Source of the DNA: a virus | Direction: 5' to 3' (one strand) | IMG/VR virus record: IMGVR_UViG_3300029951_000077 | Length of the DNA: 34,590 nucleotides | Part shown: piece after piece, positions 26,913-32,821 of the stretch | Layout: the number at the start of each line of letters is the position of its first letter | Numbering within the stretch: position 1 is the stretch's first letter | Made by a program: the position numbers and the translations under genes | Notes under the pieces: model-generated | What the model saw: the letters and a program-made list of their open reading frames with translations, nothing else | What the model was told of the DNA's origin: nothing | Databases searched by the model: none

Positions 26913-27424
26913 TCGCAGACGGACTCCGTGCCGTTCCATGTCAGAGCGCTTGACGCGCATGCTGTGGAGTCCGGTTCGTCCGTTCCGGGAACATCGGGCG
27001 GAACAGCGCCAGCGGGAAGACCCTGATCGTTCGTCGAAGCGGTGTGGTGGTCCTTGGCTGCTTCGGCTGCCTGCACAGCGGCTTGTGCCGCAGCGGCCTG
27101 CTGTGCGGCGAGTTCGGCGGCCGCTGCGGCCTCGACCCGCTGCTCGGTGACGATCGCTTGAGCACCATCCGCATCTGACTGGTCGAGGGTGGTCTGCTCG
27201 TCAGCGGTGGTCGCATCCCCCAACGGTGCGGCAGGAACGTCGGCTTGCGCTTTCGCCAACGCTGCGATGTGCGCGGTCTGCTGCGCGGTGGCGATCATCG
27301 GCGCGGCGATGAACACACCAGCAACGATGACCGCGACAGCGGCGATCGACCCGAGCGTGATTTTGAGTCCACGGTGGGTGCGCTTGACTACTGCGTTCTG
27401 CGGGTACTCGGTGAGTTCGTCCAT
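26909..27424 (-). CDS. single-pass membrane protein with an Ala/Gln-rich ectodomain and a C-terminal Cys pair (reverse-strand accessory gene)
   Basis: 171 aa with GC3 clearly high in this frame. TM segment ITLGSIAAVAVIVAGVFIAAPMI, low-complexity EAAAAAELAAQQAAAAQAAVQAAEAAK, C-terminal TACASSALTWNGTESVCD. Its stop codon overlaps the tail-fibre stop (TTAG). Confidence 0.75.
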   Translation of the reverse strand: MDELTEYPQNAVVKRTHRGLKITLGSIAAVAVIVAGVFIAAPMIATAQQTAHIAALAKAQADVPAAPLGDATTADEQTTLDQSDADGAQAIVTEQRVEAAAAAELAAQQAAAAQAAVQAAEAAKDHHTASTNDQGLPAGAVPPDVPGTDEPDSTACASSALTWNGTESVCD

Positions 27425-27472
27425 GAACAGAACTGTACACCCAATCGACTGACTTTGTTCCGATTTCCGGAA

Positions 27473-27640
27473 CTATTTCTTCGACAGTTCAATCACCTGC
27501 GACTGAGACATTCCGAGCGCATCCGCAATTTCAGCCCACTTAGCCCCGGATTTACGGGCGTACCGGATGTTTGCGGGCCGAGCGGCCATCATCTGCGCTG
27601 TCACCACAAGTGGGGCAAGAGCTTCCGATTTCCGGTCCAT
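27473..27640 (-). CDS. small HTH DNA-binding protein (55 aa, not in the supplied ORF track)
   Basis: Minus-strand ATG 27640-27638 to TAG 27475-27473: MDRKSEALAPLVVTAQMMAARPANIRYARKSGAKWAEIADALGMSQSQVIELSKK. The segment AKWAEIADALGMSQSQVIEL is a classic HTH. It sits upstream of the membrane gene on the same strand. There is no convincing SD, and it competes with a + strand extension of the lysin ORF. Confidence 0.55.
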   Translation of the reverse strand: MDRKSEALAPLVVTAQMMAARPANIRYARKSGAKWAEIADALGMSQSQVIELSKK

Positions 27641-27680
27641 CCTTCAATGCTACAGCCGATCTGACCCCGAAGGCGGCGAC

Positions 27681-28616
27681 ATGCCCACCCTTGAAGATGC
27701 CGCCCACGCGTGGGCGCTCGCGAATCCTGAAACACCGACACACACGTCCTGGCTGGATGGGTGCGCCCGGTGCATGTGGGACTTCAATGCTTCGTTCACG
27801 AAGAACTGGGGACCCAAAGGCAACATCACCACCGCCATGTATGTCATGGCGAACTCGGCCGTGTTCGAACCGGTGAACGTCAACGACATCATGCCGGGGC
27901 GTTTCGTCTGGATCTCACTGTCGGGCGTTCCCGCGGGCCATGTCGGCATGGTCGTGTCGGGCCAAGGTCTCGACGCTCTCGTCTTCTGGGCGACCGCGAC
28001 GCTCACCGTCGAGTGGGCACCGTACCTCGGACTTGGAACGGTCCGCGATTATCTGGCCCGGAAGAAGGGCTCCAAGTTCGTTGGCGCGTCTGAGGACTAC
28101 GCCGGCGCTATCCCGAACCTGTCCGCCTTCTCTGGCGGCGGTGTAACCCCAATCCCGGAGGACGACATGGCATACACAATCCTTGCAGCGAACGACGCAC
28201 CCCTACTGAATACGTGGGCGTATATCGGTTTACCCCTGTCGTTCGTTTTCTCGGCTGATGCAGGGACGAACCTCGCGCAAAAGCAGCTCGTCGCGGCCAT
28301 CAACGGGATCGCCGACGTGAACGCTCTCGCGGTCACACCGATCTCCTCGGTAGGCATGCAGAACGCGATCGGCCTGATCAATGCGCAGAACCCGGCGACG
28401 ACCCTCTCGGCTGCGCAGATCACCGCGCTCGGACAGACAGTCGCCGCAGGCATCACCATCCCAACCCCAGACCTTTCGTCTCTTGCGAAGGGCACGGACC
28501 TCACCGCCCTCGGTGTGGCTGTCGGCAACGATCTCGCAGCACTCGCGAAGCAGATCCCCACACCTGCTCAGAACGGTGCGGCAGCTCGAGCAGCGATCGT
28601 CGCACCCGCTAGCTGA
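27681..28616 (+). CDS. endolysin, NlpC/P60- or CHAP-like cysteine peptidase N-domain plus an Ala-rich C-terminal region
   Basis: ATG 27681 follows GAAGGCGG. Cys...His pattern: WLDGCARCMWDF ... GRFVWISLSGVPAGHVGMVV. It is the first gene of the lysis block. Confidence 0.6.
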   Translation: MPTLEDAAHAWALANPETPTHTSWLDGCARCMWDFNASFTKNWGPKGNITTAMYVMANSAVFEPVNVNDIMPGRFVWISLSGVPAGHVGMVVSGQGLDALVFWATATLTVEWAPYLGLGTVRDYLARKKGSKFVGASEDYAGAIPNLSAFSGGGVTPIPEDDMAYTILAANDAPLLNTWAYIGLPLSFVFSADAGTNLAQKQLVAAINGIADVNALAVTPISSVGMQNAIGLINAQNPATTLSAAQITALGQTVAAGITIPTPDLSSLAKGTDLTALGVAVGNDLAALAKQIPTPAQNGAAARAAIVAPAS

Positions 28617-28981
28617 TGACCGACGACGAGCCTAAGGGTGGGATTCCGCTCGTCCTGTACCGACTGGACCAGATCGAAAAGAAACTCGATGACGCGGACA
28701 AAAAATATGTCCCCATCACCATCTACGACCTGAACCAGAAGAACATCAGCGACAAATTCGGGGACGTCATCAAAGACGCCGCTTTCGAGGTCGCACGCCT
28801 CGACGCCCGTGTGGACAAACTCACCGAAGCGACAAGCGCTGTGCAGGATGCGCAGACAGCCAAGAGGTCGAAATGGTTCTACGGCTTCGTCATCGGCGGC
28901 TTCACGATCGTTGGCGGCGGGGTCGTGGCGCTCATCGTCTTCGCGATCGAAGCAGCATCCCATCTGGTGGTGACGCATTGA
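28616..28981 (+). CDS. tail-anchored membrane protein (holin-like candidate)
   Basis: 121 aa: cytoplasmic coiled coil, then one C-terminal TM (WFYGFVIGGFTIVGGGVVALIVFAI). TGATG coupled to the lysin. Confidence 0.55.
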   Translation: MTDDEPKGGIPLVLYRLDQIEKKLDDADKKYVPITIYDLNQKNISDKFGDVIKDAAFEVARLDARVDKLTEATSAVQDAQTAKRSKWFYGFVIGGFTIVGGGVVALIVFAIEAASHLVVTH

Positions 28982-29601
28982 CGAAAACCCCTTGGCGTCC
29001 CCGCGGTGCTCTCGGTCTGATCATCGCCCTCGTGGTGCTCCTCGTCGCCGGCCTCACAGCTGATGTGACTTTGCATGTGGTCGAGGCGCAACGGATCTCG
29101 AACCTGCAGTCCATCATCCAAACCACCCGCACGAACGATGCGCAGTCGTACAACTCGCTGCTCGGAAAGTACTCGGCTGTCTACAAGCAGCTCGCGGCGA
29201 CGGGTGCGAAAACGAACGAGACGAAACCGGAAGACATCGCACCACTCCCCGGACCAACCGGCACACCAGGCGCGTCCGGTTCCGCCGGTGCCACGGGGGC
29301 GTCCGGTTCGGACGGTGTCGGTATCGAGTCGGTGCAATGCAACTCGGATGGGACTTGGGCGTTCCTGTACACGAACGGTGACACGCAGACCGTGTCCGGG
29401 TCTTGTATCGGCGCTACCGGTGCGACGGGCCCAGCCTCCACCACACCGGGGCCCGCCGGCGCGGACGGTGTCGACGGTACCGATGGCGCTGACGGCCAAC
29501 CGCCCCTGTCGTGGACGTACGTCGACGATCTCGGCGTCACCCACTCGTGCACCCGCACGGACTCTTTCGATCCCATCAACCCGACATATCAATGCAGCTA
29601 G
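28978..29601 (+). CDS. type-II membrane protein with two collagen-like G-X-Y tracts and four Cys
   Basis: TTG 28978 overlaps the upstream TGA (TTGA); the frame is open from 28873, but that part overlaps the previous gene. TM LGLIIALVVLLVAGL; GXY tracts GPTGTPGASGSAGATGASGSDG and GATGATGPA..GPAGADGVDGTDGADG. Confidence 0.55.
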   Translation: MTKTPWRPRGALGLIIALVVLLVAGLTADVTLHVVEAQRISNLQSIIQTTRTNDAQSYNSLLGKYSAVYKQLAATGAKTNETKPEDIAPLPGPTGTPGASGSAGATGASGSDGVGIESVQCNSDGTWAFLYTNGDTQTVSGSCIGATGATGPASTTPGPAGADGVDGTDGADGQPPLSWTYVDDLGVTHSCTRTDSFDPINPTYQCS

Positions 29602-29608
29602 GAGCATC

Positions 29609-30604
29609 ATGAACCCCCCTTGGACTCGTACCGCGTTTCCGGCGATCGCCGGCTTCGTCATAACCGCTCTCCTGAACTACTTCACTCCACTCAATGGGTG
29701 GCTTGGCGCGCTCGGAGCGTTCGGCATCACCCGCGATACCATCACCCTTGGTCTGGCTGCGCTGATCGGTATCGGTTACCACCAGCTCGCGGTCGCTCTA
29801 GGGAAGAGATGGCCGAAGGTCGAAGCGTGGATGCTCGGATCGTCTCTGGTCCCCGTCTACATTGCGGGCAGCGCACGTAAGCGTTTCCCCCTGACGGCGC
29901 TGTTCGACCCGAGCTCGCTGGACTCGCTGATCATCGACGCAGCAAAGTTCGCGCTCCCACCCACGCCGGCCGGGTTTGTGGGGACGAAGCGTAAGCCGAC
30001 CGGGATGCTCGCGAACGATTCGATCGGTGACTGTGTGGTCGCGATGATGCTCCATGCCATCATCGTTATCACCGGTACGGCGAAGTTCACCAAAGCGGAA
30101 GCGATCAAGCTGTACTCAACGATCGGTGGTTACGTCCCCGGTAAGCCGAACACCGACCAGGGACTCGACCCTGTTGCAGCCGCGAAGTACTGGCAGAAGC
30201 ACGGCATCGTCGACGCAGCGGGTGTGAAGCACGAGCTCGTCGCTTACGGTGTCATCAAGCTCGGCGACTTCAACGCTCTCCGCGCGGCCCTGAACCTCGC
30301 CGACGAAGGCGTTGCTGTGGGTGTGTCCCTGAACTTGCCTTACTCGGCGCAGGACCAGTTCCCGACCCGCAAATGGTCTGTCGTCACCGGTTCACGCTCA
30401 CAGGTTGAGGGCGGTCACGAAGTCCTCGGATGCAACGACGACGGCGAGAACACGGGCCTCGGCACGTGGGGTTCAGAGGTGCAGGCGAACCGCCCGTTCA
30501 TGGAGAAGTACTCGTCCCTGTGGCTTGTGCTCATCACCGATGCCGCGCCCGAGAATGTGAAGACGCAGGCTGCCGCGCTGGTGGCTGCGATTAACGCCTC
30601 GTGA
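29609..30604 (+). CDS. membrane-anchored putative papain-fold cysteine peptidase
   Basis: ATG 29609 follows AGGAG. N-terminal hydrophobic helices (AFPAIAGFVITALLNYF, LGALGAFGI, ITLGLAALIGIGY), then a Cys/His/Trp triad-like pattern: NDSIGDCVVAMMLHA ... EGGHEVLGCNDDG...GTWGSE. The peptidase call is tentative. Confidence 0.5.
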   Translation: MNPPWTRTAFPAIAGFVITALLNYFTPLNGWLGALGAFGITRDTITLGLAALIGIGYHQLAVALGKRWPKVEAWMLGSSLVPVYIAGSARKRFPLTALFDPSSLDSLIIDAAKFALPPTPAGFVGTKRKPTGMLANDSIGDCVVAMMLHAIIVITGTAKFTKAEAIKLYSTIGGYVPGKPNTDQGLDPVAAAKYWQKHGIVDAAGVKHELVAYGVIKLGDFNALRAALNLADEGVAVGVSLNLPYSAQDQFPTRKWSVVTGSRSQVEGGHEVLGCNDDGENTGLGTWGSEVQANRPFMEKYSSLWLVLITDAAPENVKTQAAALVAAINAS

Positions 30605-30678
30605 TCCTCGCACCGCTCGTCCGGCAGGTGCTCATCGTCACCGCGATCATCGTCTGCATGGTCACCTGCCTGCACTAG
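30601..30678 (+). CDS. 25-aa hydrophobic peptide (possible)
   Basis: GTG overlaps the upstream TGA (GTGA). Translation: VILAPLVRQVLIVTAIIVCMVTCLH. Too short to be sure it is real. Confidence 0.3.
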   Translation: MILAPLVRQVLIVTAIIVCMVTCLH

Positions 30679-30687
30679 AACAAACGA

Positions 30688-30719
30688 AACGCCCCGCTCT
30701 CTTCGGAGGGCGGGGCGTT
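30688..30719. terminator. bidirectional GC-rich hairpin between the convergent lysis operon and the FtsK-gamma gene
   Basis: AACGCCCCGCTCTC-TTCG-GAGGGCGGGGCGTT (one mismatch), followed by TTATTCGT on the + strand. Confidence 0.7.
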
Positions 30720-30727
30720 ATTCGTCG

Positions 30728-31216
30728 TTACCGTTGGGTGCGCATTCCTTCGATGACGGTGTCGAGTTGTTCACGGGTGATGAGCACGACGCGTGCGTGG
30801 ATGCCTTCTGCTTTCCCGACAACACCAGCAGTTTCGAGCCGTCCCATGAGTTCCTGCGCTTCGACGAACGGGATTCGCAATTTTCTCTGCAGGTACGAGT
30901 CGGACGCGTAGCGTGCATCCACAACGAGTCGGGATGCTGCGATGACGAGATCGAGTGTTGTCTCGTTGGGCGGTCGCGGGACCACAGCGGCGACGCGCTC
31001 AACATGGACATGCTGCGGCGCCTGCGGCTTATTTCGTCGGGTTCGAACGCTGACCGCGATGACCACGAGCGCCATCACCAACGGGATCGTGACGTACCAG
31101 AATCTGATTGACAGCCCGATGACTCCGAGCACGATCAAGATGACGAAGGCGTAGCCGAGGAGTGTCTGCTTCTGTCTGATCGTCACCAACCCCATGAGCG
31201 AGAGCATAGCGAGCAT
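30728..31216 (-). CDS. membrane protein with a C-terminal FtsK/SpoIIIE gamma (winged-helix) domain and no motor domain
   Basis: N-terminal 2-3 TM helices (LLGYAFVILIVLGVIGLSI, WYVTIPLVMALVVIAVSV). The C-terminal LDLVIAASRLVVDARYASDSYLQRKLRIPFVEAQELMGRLETAGVVGKAEGIHARVVL aligns by eye with FtsK gamma (..AS.S.LQR..RIGY.RAA.....E..GIV......REVL). The real start may be the Met at 31207 (GAGGG lies 9 nt upstream). Confidence 0.8.
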   Translation of the reverse strand: MLAMLSLMGLVTIRQKQTLLGYAFVILIVLGVIGLSIRFWYVTIPLVMALVVIAVSVRTRRNKPQAPQHVHVERVAAVVPRPPNETTLDLVIAASRLVVDARYASDSYLQRKLRIPFVEAQELMGRLETAGVVGKAEGIHARVVLITREQLDTVIEGMRTQR

Positions 31217-31290
31217 CCCTCGGGACGGCTACGGCACTTCGTAGCGGTGCCCGAAACGGTTTCACGCTTTTGTACCCCAAAATGTGGGTG

Positions 31291-31319
31291 TTGTACCCCG
31301 TCCCAATATGTCCTAAATT
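31291..31319 (+). promoter_or_regulatory. candidate promoter for the leaderless XRE-integrase transcript
   Basis: TTGTAC - 17 nt - TAAATT, ending 7 nt before ATG 31327, which has no SD. Direct repeats TTGTACCCC at 31270 and 31291; TGTCCTA at 31309 and 31319. Confidence 0.3.
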
Positions 31320-31326
31320 GTCCTAC

Positions 31327-31692
31327 ATGAGTTCAGCAGAGACTAATCCAGTCGAGATCAACTGGGACGCCGAGATCGGCGAGAAGGCGCACATGCTCAT
31401 GTGGCGTCGAGGAATCACACAAATAGCCCTAGGCGAGCAGCTCGGCGTAGACCAATCCAGCATTGCCAAGCGCCTCAAGGGCAAACGGAAGTGGACCACC
31501 GGCGAAGTGGTGGCACTCGCCCGCGCGCTCCGCACAACCGTCGCGTTTCTCTACGGCGAGACCAGCAACCCAGACGGCCCCGATAACGGTTCTTCGGAAA
31601 CTCCCAGCAAAATAACGTTTGGATTACTTGCAAACGATCGCCCGGACTCAGTAGCCGACCTAGATTATTACCGCTCCCGTAAGGCCGGATAG
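31327..31692 (+). CDS. XRE/Cro-CI family HTH repressor-like protein
   Basis: HTH: GITQIALGEQLGVDQSSIAKRLKGKRKWTTGEVVALARAL. It is divergent from the membrane gene and directly upstream of the integrase. No SD before the ATG (probably leaderless). Confidence 0.8.
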   Translation: MSSAETNPVEINWDAEIGEKAHMLMWRRGITQIALGEQLGVDQSSIAKRLKGKRKWTTGEVVALARALRTTVAFLYGETSNPDGPDNGSSETPSKITFGLLANDRPDSVADLDYYRSRKAG

Positions 31693-31701
31693 GTCCCCGA
31701 A

Positions 31702-32556
31702 ATGAGGCCTGTCGCCTACCTGCATCAGGCCGCTAACGTTCCTCCCGATCAGGGGAACCCGCCAATGCTGACGCTCTACGAAACGTTTCTATCCCGCCGC
31801 TTCGCACCAACCACAGTGCGACTACGCATGTTCTGGATACGCAAGTTCGCATCCGCCCATGATTTGCGCGCGGCCGGCATAGACGACCTGTACGACTACC
31901 TCGATTCGAATCCCGACTGGACACCGAACACGAAGCAGACGATCGTCTCCACACTGCGCGGCTTCTACAAATGGGCCGTCTCGGCGGGGCAACTTGAATC
32001 GAATGTCGCGCTGGATCTCATGCGCGTGCGAGTCCCACGCCGACCCTCACGCATCGCAACAGACGACACCATCCTGGAGGGCATCAGCAACTCGTCGCTG
32101 CCGGAGGAAGCCATGCTCCGTCTGGGCGCTGAGGGCGGTCTGCGGGTAGCCGAAATCGCGGGTCTGCGCACAGCGGACCGTGACGGCGAATGGCTCACCG
32201 TCACAGGGAAGGGCGGCACCATCCGCACCGTCCATTTAGAGGATGAACTGCTCGAGGTACTTCGCACGCTCGAAGTCACAACCGCCAGGTGGGGCTTCTA
32301 CTTTCCCGGCCGCGTCCACGAGCCCGTCGCGCCCTCGACGGTGTGGCGTCACGTCCGAGCTCTCACCGGTTTGAACACTCACGCCCTTCGGCATCGCGCC
32401 GGCACATCCGTCTACCGGAACACCGGTTTCGATCTGCGGTTAGCGCAGGAATTCCTCGGCCACGCCTCGCCGACGACGACAGCTATCTACGTCCATGTGG
32501 ACCGTGAGGACATGTCTCGCGCTTCTCAGGCGACACGTTTACGACGCGCCGCATAA
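31702..32556 (+). CDS. int: tyrosine recombinase/integrase, short XerC/D-like
   Basis: Catalytic pattern: LRVAEIAGLR ... HALRHRAGTSVY ... FLGHASPTTTAIYVHV (R, H-x-x-R, H, Y). The more likely start is ATG 31765 (AGGGGA 8 nt upstream), giving 263 aa. There is no long arm-binding N-domain. Confidence 0.9.
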   Translation: MRPVAYLHQAANVPPDQGNPPMLTLYETFLSRRFAPTTVRLRMFWIRKFASAHDLRAAGIDDLYDYLDSNPDWTPNTKQTIVSTLRGFYKWAVSAGQLESNVALDLMRVRVPRRPSRIATDDTILEGISNSSLPEEAMLRLGAEGGLRVAEIAGLRTADRDGEWLTVTGKGGTIRTVHLEDELLEVLRTLEVTTARWGFYFPGRVHEPVAPSTVWRHVRALTGLNTHALRHRAGTSVYRNTGFDLRLAQEFLGHASPTTTAIYVHVDREDMSRASQATRLRRAA

Positions 32557-32561
32557 AAGAT

Positions 32562-32591
32562 TTGACAGATTAGTCCTTTTTGTCCTATCGT
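32562..32591 (+). promoter_or_regulatory. candidate early promoter (TTGACA - 18 nt - TATCGT) for a leaderless transcript starting at ATG 32599
   Basis: Perfect -35 hexamer at 32562-32567; -10-like TATCGT at 32586-32591. The ATG lies 8 nt downstream with no SD. AGTCCT/TGTCCT repeats 10 bp apart overlap the spacer and -10. Confidence 0.45.
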
Positions 32592-32598
32592 TTCTGTT

Positions 32599-32808
32599 AT
32601 GGCAATAGAGACTAATCAGGACAAAACAGACTGGCTGCGTCCGGCCGAAGTTGCCGCCGAATTGGGCGTCAGCACCAAGACCGTTACCCGCATGGATGCC
32701 CGCGGCGACCTCACCCCGCTGCGTCTGCCGTCCGGTCACCGCCGTTACAGCCGCGCCGAGGTTGAAGCGCTCGCGCATCCACTCAACCCGAGCCCCGAAG
32801 CCGCCTGA
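32599..32808 (+). CDS. xis: MerR/excisionase-family HTH protein (excisionase or Cro-like early regulator)
   Basis: WLRPAEVAAELGVSTKTVTRMDARGDLTPLRLPSGHRRYSRAEVEAL, the typical excisionase-type HTH_17 pattern. It is adjacent to int. Confidence 0.75.
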   Translation: MAIETNQDKTDWLRPAEVAAELGVSTKTVTRMDARGDLTPLRLPSGHRRYSRAEVEALAHPLNPSPEAA

Positions 32809-32821
32809 ACCCGAACAGGCC

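Noticed and set aside
27567-27680. Upstream extension of the endolysin ORF (MFAGRAAIICAVTTSGARAS...) as a possible signal or SAR sequence.
   Set aside because: The segment is only weakly hydrophobic. ATG 27681 has a better RBS, and the opposite strand encodes a convincing HTH protein over the same bases. GC3 is similar in both frames (about 62-63%), so this is not fully excluded.
29075-29608. N-terminal 178 codons of the 509-aa ORF 29075-30604.
   Set aside because: This off-frame read-through of the collagen-like gene gives Arg/Pro/Ser-rich junk. The real start, ATG 29609, has an AGGAG RBS and begins a coherent membrane domain.
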